Below are positions 20,238 to 30,560 of a DNA stretch of 64,000 nucleotides, piece by piece; position 1 is the stretch's first letter, and every line of letters begins with the position of its first letter. The position numbers were made by a program, and so were the translations under genes. A model generated the notes under the pieces. The model had not been told where the DNA came from and did no database searches. It saw only the letters and a list, made by a program, of their open reading frames with translations. Where the stretch lies: positions 1,856,001-1,920,000 of the forward strand of contig OZ251992.1 of the NCBI GenBank assembly GCA_965246885.1. Direction: 5' to 3'. The stretch is from Abditibacterium sp. (lineage in GTDB: Bacteria; Armatimonadota; Abditibacteriia; Abditibacteriales; Abditibacteriaceae).

Positions 20238-21942
20238 GTGGCCCGCTTTTCCGATTTTCCCATTCTCACGCGCGAAGTGCGGGCGCGCTTTCGGCGTGAG
20301 CGGGCGTTTGCTTTGCTGGGAGTGTTGTTGATGGCGGCGGTGTGGATGGTGTTGCGGCGCTTGGGGGCTTCCGACGTGCCGATAGCGCCGGGAGTGTCGG
20401 TGCTGGTGCCGTTGTCGCAGGAGTTACTGGTGCAGTTGGTGTGGACACAAATCGCGGGCGTGTGCCTCTTGGCGCCAATGATAGCGGCGCCCCTCATCGC
20501 GCGCGAGCGGGAAAGCGGCGCGACGGACGACTTGTTGCTAACGCCCCTGTCGCCGCTCCGGTTGGCACTGGAAAAGTGGGCGGCGGGCGGGCTGTTTTTG
20601 GGATTATTGTTGCTCGCACTGTGGCCGCTCGACATGGTGGCGCTGTTGCTGGGCGACACGCCGATTGCGGACATGTGGCCGCTCGCGCTCTTGGTGGCGG
20701 GTTGTTGGGCGTGGGGGAGCGCGTTGGGAACGGTGTGCTCGGCGGGGGCACGTCGTGCCGCGAGTGCGCTGCGGAGCGCGGTGGGCATAGCGTTCGTTTG
20801 GCTGGCAGGCTCGCTGTTGTGTGCTGTTCTAACGGGCGAGACGACTTGGGGCGCGGGCGTGGAGCGCAGCGCCGGTTTGGGTGGCGTGGATAGGGCGCAC
20901 CAACCCGATTTTGTGCGCGCTCGATTTGCTGCATCCCTCGCTCCTGCTGCCCGCGAAGTGGCCGTTTTGCGCGGCGTTCTTGGCGGGCGGAACGGCGCTG
21001 TTTGTGGGCGTGGCCGCGTTGTCGCTATGCAAGCCGTTGCCGGATTTGCCCATCATCGCAGCCAAGCACAACGGCAAAATTGGCGGGGTGAGCGGCGCGC
21101 TGTCGCGGTTGGAGATGCCGCTCGTGGGGCGCTTCGCGCCGAGTAATCCTGTGTTGGGCCGCGAAGCGCGGGGCAAGTTCCGCTTGCGTCAGCCGCCCTT
21201 GGCGGTGCTGGTGTCGGAGGTGGTGCTGGCGCTGGGGGTGATGGGAGGTTACGGGTTCTTGGTGCGCCAAGCGATTGTTGACTCCAAGACGCGTCCGGCA
21301 ATTTTCTGGGGCGTGGCGTGGACGGGCTTCTTCGTGTCCATCTTGGCGGCGGCAAGTCTGGGCGGGGCGGCCTTAGCGCGCGAGCGCGAAAACGGCACGT
21401 GGGACGCGCTGCGCCTCTCGCTGTTGTCCGCCCCGCAGATAGTGCGCGGCAAACTAATCGCGGCGTTGGCGACGTGCCTTGCGCTCTCGCTCCCGGTATG
21501 GCCGTTGCTGCTCTTGTGCGTGGATTGGGGCGGCGCATGGGTGCCCACGCACGGCGCGCAAGTGCAACCGTTCCAGTTGGTCGCGGCCATGCTCATCTGG
21601 CTGGGCGTGTTGTGGAGCCATACACTGCTGGGGTTGCTCTTGTCGGCGAGGGCGTCCAAGGCAGGAGCGGCAGTGGGCGGCGCCATCGCGGTATCGCTCG
21701 CGTGGATGCTTGGATCGCTGTTTTTGGTAACGGGCAACGGTGGCGCCATCGGGCTATTGGCCATCATCAACCCGCTAATGGCGTTGGCCGTAGCGACTGA
21801 CCCGCCACCCACATATATGGCGGCGGCGGCTGGTTGGCCGTATGCCCTCTTCGCGTTTGCGTTGGGCGCGCTGATGCTGGCGCTGGTCGAGTCGGAAGTG
21901 GTGGCGTTGTTGGAAGGGCCGCTACAGCGCGTGAAGGAGTAG
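20238..21942 (+). pseudogene. Paralogous two-module ABC-2 permease-like gene split by a +1 frameshift near 20845-20880
   Basis: ORF 20238 carries module 1 (PILTREVR, IARERESG). ORF 20881, in the +1 frame, carries the rest (TNP, NPVLGREARGKFR, ARERENGTW). Joined, they are colinear with 18176-20212. Confidence 0.75.
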
Positions 21943-21949
21943 ACGAAGT

Positions 21950-23188
21950 CTACTCCCCCACCGGTGCAATCGCCACCCGCGACGACAATTGCAACACCCC
22001 GCCGCCCTTCGCATCGGGGTAGTCCGCCGCTCCGAAGAGGGCTACCCATCGCGCTCCTTTTGGCGGTTTGGGACGCGGCGCCACCCAGTTGGCACCGCGT
22101 CGGGTCATCGGTGTTGCGCTCCAAGTGGCTTGCCGAAAGTCGCGCGAGCCGCTCCACGCCCAGTGCAAAAGCGCGCTCCCCGCGCCCGGCGCGCGTAGCT
22201 CTTCCTGTCCCGCCGTCTTCTGGAGCGTGGGGTTGGGTATCGTTTGGCCCGCGAGCGTGCGGCGTATCCACTGTGCCGAGCTTTGCAGAAGCGTGGGAAC
22301 GCTATTGCCCATCGTGTGCCCTGCCCCGGCGAAATAGAGCCAGTTCGTTGGGCCGCGTACCTCTTTTGCAAAAGCGTCGGGCGCATCCGGTGTCCAGTAG
22401 TCCGAGTTCGTGGCGTCTATGAGCAGCTTCGGCACGCGGATGTCCGCGCGAAAGGAGTACGGATCCCACGTCTGCAACAGCGCCACACCGCGCGGCTGTT
22501 GCAAGCGCGCCTCGTAGTCCGTCCCGACCATCGCCGTCCAATGCGGTGATAGCTGCCCCCAGTCGCGGAGTTGCAAACGGGTCTGCGCCGCCAGATTCAA
22601 GTTGTTGTAGCCCAGCGACACCAGCGCCGCCACGCGCGGGTCGCTCGCAGTCAGCCATGCACCCAGCGCCCGCTTGGAAAAACCGACCAGAACGAACCGC
22701 TTCAGGGGCGCCTTGGACGGTGCAGCCCACGCTTGCACTGCGTCCATCGAAGCTTTGGCCGCCCTTGCGAGTGGGAAGGCGAGAGACCACGTCGGGTCGC
22801 CCGTCTGCTCGGAGCGCTGTATCGAATAACCGAGCAGGCCGTTCTCCCTTCGGTTCCACAACGGCTGATTCGGCACGTCGTACACCATCGCAACGGTTGT
22901 GCCCGTCGCGTCCGCCGCCAGTTGCCCGCCCAAACCGTCCCAAGGCACCGGATTCGTCAGCAGCAACAGCGTCGCTGTGCCGGGAAAGCGGTTGTCGCGC
23001 GGCACGAACACCCGCGCGCGGTGCGTCCACACCGTCCCGTGCCACGCGCCCGACGAAAAGGAGAAATTCGCCGCGCCGTCGCGCCGCAAGTGCAGGTCGT
23101 GCTTGGCCGCGAGGAACTGCCGGAGTGGGCGAGTGGCGTCGGTTGCGCTGCGATGCGGCGGGGCGGTGCTTATAGGCAGTAAGGGCAT
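21950..23188 (-). CDS. PqaA-family (PhoPQ-activated pathogenicity-related) alpha/beta hydrolase
   Basis: VPNQPL, FVLVGFSKRALGAWL, DPYSF, ATNSDYW, GAGH. Confidence 0.8.
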   Translation of the reverse strand: MPLLPISTAPPHRSATDATRPLRQFLAAKHDLHLRRDGAANFSFSSGAWHGTVWTHRARVFVPRDNRFPGTATLLLLTNPVPWDGLGGQLAADATGTTVAMVYDVPNQPLWNRRENGLLGYSIQRSEQTGDPTWSLAFPLARAAKASMDAVQAWAAPSKAPLKRFVLVGFSKRALGAWLTASDPRVAALVSLGYNNLNLAAQTRLQLRDWGQLSPHWTAMVGTDYEARLQQPRGVALLQTWDPYSFRADIRVPKLLIDATNSDYWTPDAPDAFAKEVRGPTNWLYFAGAGHTMGNSVPTLLQSSAQWIRRTLAGQTIPNPTLQKTAGQEELRAPGAGSALLHWAWSGSRDFRQATWSATPMTRRGANWVAPRPKPPKGARWVALFGAADYPDAKGGGVLQLSSRVAIAPVGE

Positions 23189-24568
23189 CTAAAACGCCCT
23201 CGCGGTCAGCACCCGTTGCCCGTTCGTCCACAGCGGCGACGCCAACACGAGCGGCGAAGGCGTTCCCTTCTCGCTCCACTGCGCTTGCGCGAAGACCGCG
23301 CCGAACGGCTCAAGGCGTGCGTTGGGCACGCTCAACACCCAACCGGTTTCCGTATGTTGCATCGGAATCGAGCGCCACTGGGCGTGGCGGAAATCACGGG
23401 ATTGGCTTTTCGCGCCCCAAAGGACGACCGATGTTGGAGCGCCGCTCACTGTTGCCGTAAACGTGTCGCCGCCGTGCATAAGGCTAATGGTGGGCACCGT
23501 CTCGCCGCCCAAAAGTAGCCTCGACCACACCGCCGCCGACTGCGCGAGGGGCACAATCTGCGCGCCGAGAAAGTGCGTGGAGTTCGGCGCGTAGTAAGTG
23601 GAAAGCGCGGTCTGATGACCGAGTTCGTCGCGGTAGAGGGTTTGGGCGTCGTGCGGCCAATAGCCATCGTTGGTGGCGTTGATGGAGAGGATGGGCACCG
23701 TGAGGCGCTTCAAATAGGAGTAAGGGTCAACGGCGCGCAGTAGCTCTTTGCCGCGCTCCGAGCCGGTAGCGCCTTCGTCCATCAAGCCGAGGTTGGAGAA
23801 CGCGACGGACAAGTCGGAGGTGCCGCCCCACACCTCGTGCTGATGCCGAATTTGCGCGGGGATGTTGAGGTTGTCATACACGACCGGCGCGGCGCCGCCG
23901 ACCCGCTTATCACCCGCCGCGACCAAGTAGGCCGTCCAGCCGCGCTTGCTCGCGCCGGTGACGATGAAGCGCTCAATGCGCTTGCCGTTCTTTTGCAACG
24001 ACCACGCTTGCAAGGCATCCATTGCTTTCACGACGGACTTAGCCATCGGCAGCAGAATAGGCCAACTGGCGTCTCCCGTTTCGAGGTATTTTCCAAAGGA
24101 ATAGGCGACCAACTCATCTTCCTCGCGCCCGTAAAGCGGCTGATTTGGGACGTTGAAGACGTTGACGGCATAGGCGCCGGACACATCGGCGATGCCTTGG
24201 CCGAGAATGGATTCGGGAAAGGAGCCGCCGCCGTACGAGATGTTGAGCACGGCGGCGTCGGGGAAATCGAGTTTGGCGGGCTTGAACACCTGCAAGCGGT
24301 GCGTCCAGTCGCCGCCCTGCCATGTTTGCGAAGTGAGCTTGAGGTTGGCGAAGCCGTCGCCCGCGTAGTCGGGCGAAACGTCGCTCCATTTATAACTGGG
24401 TTCGGGGCGTTTGAGAAAGGTGTCCAAGGCGGTGGGTTCGGTTTGGGGCGTCGCGGCGGATGCTTTCGGGGTGGACGCAACGGATTTGACGAGCGGCGCG
24501 GCGGGAGTAGTCGTGGCGGCTTGGCATCCGGCGAGGGCGAGCGCGGCCAACGGGAGAAGGCGAGACAT
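23189..24568 (-). CDS. PqaA-family alpha/beta hydrolase lipoprotein
   Basis: Lipobox LALAGC, LTSQTWQ, VPNQPL, PMAKSVVKAMD, GASKRGWT, VDPYSY. Confidence 0.87.
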   Translation of the reverse strand: MSRLLPLAALALAGCQAATTTPAAPLVKSVASTPKASAATPQTEPTALDTFLKRPEPSYKWSDVSPDYAGDGFANLKLTSQTWQGGDWTHRLQVFKPAKLDFPDAAVLNISYGGGSFPESILGQGIADVSGAYAVNVFNVPNQPLYGREEDELVAYSFGKYLETGDASWPILLPMAKSVVKAMDALQAWSLQKNGKRIERFIVTGASKRGWTAYLVAAGDKRVGGAAPVVYDNLNIPAQIRHQHEVWGGTSDLSVAFSNLGLMDEGATGSERGKELLRAVDPYSYLKRLTVPILSINATNDGYWPHDAQTLYRDELGHQTALSTYYAPNSTHFLGAQIVPLAQSAAVWSRLLLGGETVPTISLMHGGDTFTATVSGAPTSVVLWGAKSQSRDFRHAQWRSIPMQHTETGWVLSVPNARLEPFGAVFAQAQWSEKGTPSPLVLASPLWTNGQRVLTARAF

Positions 24569-24622
24569 GTCTCTCTTCCAGACGCCCATGCCGCGCCGAT
24601 GTTTCCCGACGCGGCGTGGAGA

Positions 24623-24740
24623 AGCGCCGATGTCCGGGAACGAGTGACAGACGTCTGAGAATCAATGACAGGCGTCTGGGAATCGGTGACAGGCGTCTGG
24701 GAATCGGTGACAGGCGTCTGGGAATCGGTGACAGACGTCC
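24623..24740. repeat. 21-nt tandem array B
   Basis: About 5.5 units of GTGACAGGCGTCTGGGAATCG (variants included). Confidence 0.9.
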
Positions 24741-24881
24741 GTCTTCCTTTGGCGGATGGCGGCAAGAGGAGGGAGCGCGCGGGCTGTCATAAGCGTTTGG
24801 GAGCGGCCCATCGGAAAAGCCTCCAAACGGCCTTCCTATACTTCCATAGAAATGAACTCACATAAAAAAGAGGCTTTGCCC

Positions 24882-26684
24882 GTGCGCGAAGACCTTCGCA
24901 ATATCGCCATCGTCGCCCACGTTGATCACGGCAAGACGACTCTCGTGGATACCATGCTTCAACAAGCGCACACCTTCCGCGCCAATCAAGAACTCACCGA
25001 CCGCGTGATGGACTCGATGGACTTGGAGCGTGAGCGCGGCATTACCATTATGGCCAAAAACGCGGCGCTGCGCCTCGACTACAAGGGACAGGCGATGAAA
25101 ATCAACATCATTGACACCCCCGGCCACAGCGATTTCGGCGGCGAAGTCGAGCGCGTGCTTTCTATGGCGGACGGCTGTTTGCTGCTTGTGGACGCGGCGG
25201 AAGGCTGTTTGCCCCAGACCCGCTTCGTCTTAGGTAAGGCGCTGGAAGCAGGGCTGACGCCCATCATCGTTGTCAATAAAATAGACCGTCAAGACGCCCG
25301 CCCCGAAGCCGTGTTGGATGAGATATATTCGCTTTTCATTGATCTGGACGCCGACGAAGACCAGTTGGACTTCCCGGTCATCTACGCCATCGGGCGCGAC
25401 GGCATCGCCAAGAAAAACCTTGCCGATGAGTCGAGCGACTTGATGCCCTTGTTTGACGCCATCATCGAGAGCGTTCCCGCGCCCCGCGCCGACGTGGAAG
25501 CGCCGCTTCAGATGATGATTTCCAACCTCGATTACAACGACTTCGTGGGCCGCTTGGTCATCGGGCGCATCATTGCGGGCACCATTCGCGCCAATCAGGA
25601 AGTCATGCTGTGCACTTTGGACGGCGAGTTCAAGAAGTATAAAATCAGTTCCCTGTTTGGCTTCGAGGGGTTAAAGCGGGAGCCGATTCAAGAGGCCGGG
25701 GCGGGCGACATCGTGGCCTTTTCGGGCATTGAGAACCCGCAGATAGGCGAAACCGTCGCCGACGTGGAAAACCCCGTCGCGCTTAAGCCGCTTACCGTTG
25801 ACGAGCCGACAATCGCCATGAACTTTGCGGCGAATGTGTCTCCCTTTGCGGGCAAGGACGGCAAGTTTGTGACGGGCCGCCACCTCCGCGACCGCTTGGC
25901 GCGCGAGGTTTTGAGCAACGTCGCCATCCGCGTGGAACCCGCCGCCGAGCCGGACACGTTCAAAGTCTCCGGTCGCGGGGAGTTGCAACTTGCCATCATC
26001 ATCGAGCAGATGCGCAGGGAAGGCTTCGAGCTTCAGGTGTCGCGCCCGGAAGTCGTAACGCACACCGAAGAGGGCAAGCTGATGGAGCCGGTGGAGCACG
26101 TGTTCATTGACGTGCCAACGGAAAGCGTGGGTGTCGTCACGGAAGCGCTCGGACGGCGCAAGGGGGTCATGACACAAATGACCAATCACGGGTCGGGCCG
26201 CGTGCGCTTGGAGTTCGACATCCCGTCGCGCGGGCTGATTGGGTTCCGGAGCCAGTTCCTGACCGAGACGCGCGGCATGGGCCTGCTGAACACGCTCTTC
26301 GCGCGCTATGCCGAGTGGGGCGGCCCGATTGCGCAGCGTCAAAGCGGCGCCCTCGTGGCTGACCGGAACGGTCAGTCTACACCCTTTGCCATGACCAACC
26401 TGCAAGAGCGCGGGACGATGTTCGTCGAACCTCAGACCCCGGTCTACGAGGGCATGATCATAGGCGAGAACTCGCGCGAGTCGGACATGAACGTCAACAT
26501 CACCAAGGAGAAGCACCTGACCAACATGCGCGCGTCCACGTCCGATCTGACGGTGAAAATTGTGCCGCCGTCCGTGCCCACTTTGGAGCGCGCCCTCGAA
26601 TGGATTAACGACGACGAGTTAGTGGAAGTAACGCCCAAAGCGATTCGCATCCGTAAGAAGAACCTGTCGAGCAACCGGAAGTAA
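24882..26684 (+). CDS. typA: Translational GTPase TypA/BipA
   Basis: [48 protein letters not shown]. Start GTG 24882 (GAGG upstream) or ATG 24852. Confidence 0.97.
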   Translation: MREDLRNIAIVAHVDHGKTTLVDTMLQQAHTFRANQELTDRVMDSMDLERERGITIMAKNAALRLDYKGQAMKINIIDTPGHSDFGGEVERVLSMADGCLLLVDAAEGCLPQTRFVLGKALEAGLTPIIVVNKIDRQDARPEAVLDEIYSLFIDLDADEDQLDFPVIYAIGRDGIAKKNLADESSDLMPLFDAIIESVPAPRADVEAPLQMMISNLDYNDFVGRLVIGRIIAGTIRANQEVMLCTLDGEFKKYKISSLFGFEGLKREPIQEAGAGDIVAFSGIENPQIGETVADVENPVALKPLTVDEPTIAMNFAANVSPFAGKDGKFVTGRHLRDRLAREVLSNVAIRVEPAAEPDTFKVSGRGELQLAIIIEQMRREGFELQVSRPEVVTHTEEGKLMEPVEHVFIDVPTESVGVVTEALGRRKGVMTQMTNHGSGRVRLEFDIPSRGLIGFRSQFLTETRGMGLLNTLFARYAEWGGPIAQRQSGALVADRNGQSTPFAMTNLQERGTMFVEPQTPVYEGMIIGENSRESDMNVNITKEKHLTNMRASTSDLTVKIVPPSVPTLERALEWINDDELVEVTPKAIRIRKKNLSSNRK

Positions 26685-26863
26685 AAGTCAAAGAAGTGCT
26701 TGAGCGGTTATCTGCTGACGGTTGGGTATTGGCGCGGACGGCGGGAAGCCACCGCCAGTTCCATCACCCAACCAAACCGGGAACAGTCACCGTTTCTGGA
26801 AAACCTTCCTTGGACATTCCTCCCGGCACGCTGGGAAGCATCAAGCGTCAGGCAGGTTGGTAG
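26681..26863 (+). CDS. hicA: HicA-family mRNA interferase toxin (not in ORF track; first codon is GTA, alternative GTG at 26696)
   Basis: Manual translation: [60 protein letters not shown]. Contains the GSH motif and lies directly before hicB. Confidence 0.85.
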   Translation, partial: VKVKEVLERLSADGWVLARTAGSHRQFHHPTKPGTVTVSGKPSLDIPPGTLGSIKRQAGW

Positions 26864-26876
26864 CAACGACAACGAT

Positions 26877-27089
26877 ATGGAATACACCGTAATTATCGAG
26901 CAAGGCCCCGGCAGCTTCGGCGCGTTTGCGCCTGACCTGCCGGGGTGCGTCGCTGTTGGGGAAACGCGCGAGGAAGTCGTGGAGCTAATGCGCGAGGCCA
27001 TCGAGTTTCATCTCGAAGGCTTACGCGCGGCGGGTGAAGCCGTTCCTTTGCCCATTCACTCCAGTGAGCGCGTCGCTGTAGCGGCTTGA
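26877..27089 (+). CDS. hicB: HicB-family antitoxin (short, no DNA-binding domain)
   Basis: MEYTVIIEQG, APDLPGCVAVGETREE, EAIEFHLEGL. Confidence 0.9.
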   Translation: MEYTVIIEQGPGSFGAFAPDLPGCVAVGETREEVVELMREAIEFHLEGLRAAGEAVPLPIHSSERVAVAA

Positions 27090-27099
27090 ACGTTGCGCC

Positions 27100-29034
27100 C
27101 TACTGCACCTCCTCAACCCCCTCGCACCACGCCAGCACTTCCCCGAAGCGGTAACTTTCCAAGCGTCCGCAGAGCGGGTGTTTCATCAGGCGGGCCTTGG
27201 ACAGGGCGGGGGAGTTGAGGCCGCACAGGAAGCGCGCGGTTTGGCGGGGGGAGGCAAGGGCTTCGGGGTGCGCGGAGCGCACGGAGTCTAACTCGGCGCG
27301 CGGGATGACGGATTCTATGGGCGCTCTCTCCGATTCGGGCGGAAGTGTGGCGGCCTTTCCACTCACGCAAAAGGAGCAGTGGCCGCACGGCTGGGCGCGC
27401 TTTTCGCCGAAGTAGGCGACGAGGGCGTTGGTTTGGCATTTGGCGCACTCGACCAGACGGAGCACGTCGCCGATGCGCTTGATTTCGGCGACCTCGCGGG
27501 CGGCAAACTTTTCCATCAGCCCCGCGACGAGCGCGGGCTTGTCCCAATCGGGCTGGGTGCGCTCGAACTGGTGGCGCAGGTCGCTGGCTTTGACCTGCGC
27601 GACATTCTTCTGTTCCATCAGTTCGACGGCGCGCACGACTTGGGCGCGCGGGCACCCCAAGCGCTCCGCCGCCGCGTCGGGGTCTATCTTGAGCCATTTA
27701 TCTCCGCGCTTCGAGACGCTCACGATGTTGCGCAGGAAGTCCGTTGCTTTGGGCGTGAACGCCTCGTAAACGGAGTTCCAGTTGCCCATCGGCGCCACCT
27801 CGTAGCCCGCGTAAAAGGGCGTGCCCTGCTTGATGACGCCGTCTAATTCGAGGTAGGTCAGCGCAGTGCGCAGGACGAGAGAGCGCAAATCGCAAGACTG
27901 CGAGAGTTCGTTTTCCTTGACGGCAAAGCGCTCTCCCATCCCGTCGAGGGCATCTATCAGCGTGGCAAGCGCGTCTTGCGTGGGCGTGTCGCCATAAACG
28001 AAGTTTTCGAGGGTGGACACGTCGTCGCGGCAAGCGAAGAGTTCGACAATGGCGGGTTTGCCATCGCGTCCGGCGCGCCCGATCTCTTGCGCGTAAGATT
28101 CCAATCCTTTGGGCAGGTTGAAGTGGTAGATATAGCGCACGTCGCTTTTGTCTATGCCCATGCCAAAGGCGATGGTGGCGACGACGACGCGGTTCGCGCC
28201 GCTCATCCACCAATCCTGCGTTCCGGCGCGCACGTCCGGCTCCATTCCGGCGTGATAGGCGCGGGCATCCACGCCGTTGCTTGCCAAAAACGCCGCGACT
28301 TCTTCGGCGGTCTTTTGGAGCGTAACATACACGACCGTCGAACCCGGCGGGCGTTTTTGCAAGCGCGCAAGGAGCAAGTCGTGGCGGCGATGAGCGGGCG
28401 TGGGTGTCAGGCACATCTTCAAATTCGCCCGGTAAAAGCCGGTGTTGACCGCGCCCTTGGCGGGGATGCCGAAGCGCTCGCAGATGGAGCGCGCGACTTT
28501 GGGCGTGGCCGTCGCGGTGAGCGCGAGGATGCGCGGGACGCGAAGCTCCTCGGCGAAGCGGCCCAACTTGAGGTAGTCGGGGCGGAAGTTGTGGCCCCAT
28601 TCGGAGATGCAGTGCGCTTCGTCAACGGCGAAGAGGGAGAGGTTCGAGGCGCCGAGCAGGGCGCGGAATCGTTCGTTGTTGAAGCGTTCGGGCGCGACAT
28701 ACAGCAGCTTCAATCGCCCCGCGCGCAGGTCGTCGGCGACGGCGCGGGCGGTGTCGGCGTCTTGGCTGGAATCGAGCCGCGCGGCGGCGATGCCCTTACT
28801 CGTGAGGAAGTCAATCTGGTCTTTCATCAAGGCGAGCAGGGGAGACACGACGAGCGTCGTGCCGTCGAGCGCGAGGGCGGGTAGCTGGTAGCAGAGCGAC
28901 TTCCCGGCGCCCGTCGGGAACACTGCCAAGGCGCGGCCCGACCCTTGGAGCAGTTCGTCCACGACCTCGAACTGACCCGCGCGGAAGCCGGGGAAGCCGA
29001 AGGTGGACTGGAGGATGTCGAGGGGGTCTGGCAT
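27100..29034 (-). CDS. recQ: RecQ-family ATP-dependent DNA helicase
   Basis: PTGAGKSLCYQ, VDEAHCISEWGHNFRPDY, ALTATA, ATIAFGMGIDK, QEIGRAGRDG, Cys-rich Zn site. Confidence 0.93.
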   Translation of the reverse strand: MPDPLDILQSTFGFPGFRAGQFEVVDELLQGSGRALAVFPTGAGKSLCYQLPALALDGTTLVVSPLLALMKDQIDFLTSKGIAAARLDSSQDADTARAVADDLRAGRLKLLYVAPERFNNERFRALLGASNLSLFAVDEAHCISEWGHNFRPDYLKLGRFAEELRVPRILALTATATPKVARSICERFGIPAKGAVNTGFYRANLKMCLTPTPAHRRHDLLLARLQKRPPGSTVVYVTLQKTAEEVAAFLASNGVDARAYHAGMEPDVRAGTQDWWMSGANRVVVATIAFGMGIDKSDVRYIYHFNLPKGLESYAQEIGRAGRDGKPAIVELFACRDDVSTLENFVYGDTPTQDALATLIDALDGMGERFAVKENELSQSCDLRSLVLRTALTYLELDGVIKQGTPFYAGYEVAPMGNWNSVYEAFTPKATDFLRNIVSVSKRGDKWLKIDPDAAAERLGCPRAQVVRAVELMEQKNVAQVKASDLRHQFERTQPDWDKPALVAGLMEKFAAREVAEIKRIGDVLRLVECAKCQTNALVAYFGEKRAQPCGHCSFCVSGKAATLPPESERAPIESVIPRAELDSVRSAHPEALASPRQTARFLCGLNSPALSKARLMKHPLCGRLESYRFGEVLAWCEGVEEVQ

Positions 29035-29037
29035 GGC

Positions 29038-30180
29038 TTACGCTAAAAGGGCCGCGCCCGCTTCGGCGTCGCACACCCAGCCGCGCGCGTGGCGGTTAGT
29101 GGCGATCTCGTAGTCGTGCCGTAAACGTTCGATGAACCCTTCCGCTTGGGCGCGCTCCAACAGTGTGACGGTGCAGCCGCCAAAGCCCGCGCCCGTCATG
29201 CGACTGCCGAGCACGCCCGGTTGCTTGCGCGCCCAGTCGGTGAGGAAGTCAAGCTCCATGCTGGTGACGGCGTAGAGGTCGCGGAGCGAGGCGTGGGACT
29301 CGTTCATCAGGGCGCCAAAGCGGATCATGTCGCCGCTTTCGAGAGCAGCGACGGCGTTGAGAGTGCGCGCGATTTCACCGACGACGTGCGCGACGCGGTG
29401 CGCGACCTCTTCGGGCAAATCTGAGTGGTGCGCTGCCAACTGGTCGGGGGAAATGTCGCGCAGGCTCTTGGCGTCGGGATACCATCGGCGCAGGAGCGCC
29501 AAGCCTTGCTCGCACTGGGCGCGGCGCGCGTTGTAAGCACTCGACGCTAACTCGCGCGGCGCGGCGGAATCAATCACAACAAGCGCGTGCTCCTTCAACT
29601 GGAACGGCACTTGGCGGATGGCGTTGGTGCGGCAATCGAGCAGGAGAGCGTGGTCTTTGGCGCAGGCCGCGACCGCCATTTGATCCATGATGCCGCAGTT
29701 GACGCCGACGAACTCGTTCTCGGCGCGCTGGCACAGGAGCGCAATTTCGGTGGGGGACTTCTCGACGCCCGCCAACTCCAAGAACGCGAGCGCGACGGCG
29801 ACTTCAAAGCTGGCCGAGGAAGAAAGGCCCGACGCGAGCGGGATGTCGGATGCGATGGCGCCCTCGAAGCCGCCCAGTTCGATGCCTGCGTCTTGCAACG
29901 CCCATGCGACGGCTTGGGCGTAGTCTATCCATGACCCCTCGCGCTGTAAGTGGTCGAGCGAAAAGTCAACGGTCGCATCGAAAAGCGGGGAATAGAGCGC
30001 GACGCGGCGGTCGGCGCGCGGGCGGAACACGAGGTCGGTTTGCAGGGAAACCGCGATGGGAAGCACGAAGCCGCAGTTGTAGTCCACGTGTTCGCCGATA
30101 AGGTTGACGCGTCCGGGCGAGCGGAGCGCGTGCGACGCCTCGCCGCCGAACTGCGCCGTGAAAAGGGAGTGGAGATTCAT
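29038..30180 (-). CDS. galK: Galactokinase
   Basis: PGRVNLIGEHVDYN, GLSSSAS, CGIMDQ, GSRMTGAGFGGC. Confidence 0.95.
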   Translation of the reverse strand: MNLHSLFTAQFGGEASHALRSPGRVNLIGEHVDYNCGFVLPIAVSLQTDLVFRPRADRRVALYSPLFDATVDFSLDHLQREGSWIDYAQAVAWALQDAGIELGGFEGAIASDIPLASGLSSSASFEVAVALAFLELAGVEKSPTEIALLCQRAENEFVGVNCGIMDQMAVAACAKDHALLLDCRTNAIRQVPFQLKEHALVVIDSAAPRELASSAYNARRAQCEQGLALLRRWYPDAKSLRDISPDQLAAHHSDLPEEVAHRVAHVVGEIARTLNAVAALESGDMIRFGALMNESHASLRDLYAVTSMELDFLTDWARKQPGVLGSRMTGAGFGGCTVTLLERAQAEGFIERLRHDYEIATNRHARGWVCDAEAGAALLA

Positions 30181-30250
30181 GGAGAAAAAGGTTAGCGCGC
30201 CGCCCCGCACCGGGACAGGGGCAATGTGGGGTGCGCGCTAAAATAAGGCT

Positions 30251-30429
30251 ATGAGCATCATCATCGAAACCCAACCGCCGAATCTGTGCTGCAAGCATTG
30301 CAACAAGAATCCGCCGACGAGGAAATGGCTGCGTGGCGCGTGGCGTCGGTTCACTCCCCTCGGCACTTCTTCGAGGAGCAGGCGTGAGAGAAAGTTGATT
30401 GGAGGGAGGAGGCGACCCCGCTCGGATGA
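30251..30429 (+). pseudogene. Possible degraded small gene (antitoxin-like remnant)
   Basis: TAAAAT lies 6 nt before ATG 30251 (MSIIIETQ). A shifted frame reads AESVLQALQQESADEEMAAWRVAS...FFEEQA*EKVDWREE. Confidence 0.3.
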
Positions 30430-30446
30430 ACTGGAGCAAAGCAAAA

Positions 30447-30542
30447 GGCAGAGTTGTCATGCTGAGCCTGTGAAGGATATACAAACACACCGTCTGCCCA
30501 GTAACGATAGATCCTTCACCGGCTCAGCATGACGACTCTGCC
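30447..30542. repeat. Palindromic element, family 2, copy 1
   Basis: GGCAGAGTTGTCATGCTGAGCCTGTGAAGGAT pairs with ATCCTTCACCGGCTCAGCATGACGACTCTGCC. Confidence 0.85.
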
Positions 30543-30560
30543 GACATTATACGCGCGCGC

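Noticed and set aside
26700..26876. N-terminal extension of HicB in the 129-aa ORF
   Set aside because: This interval encodes HicA in another frame; HicB starts at ATG 26877.
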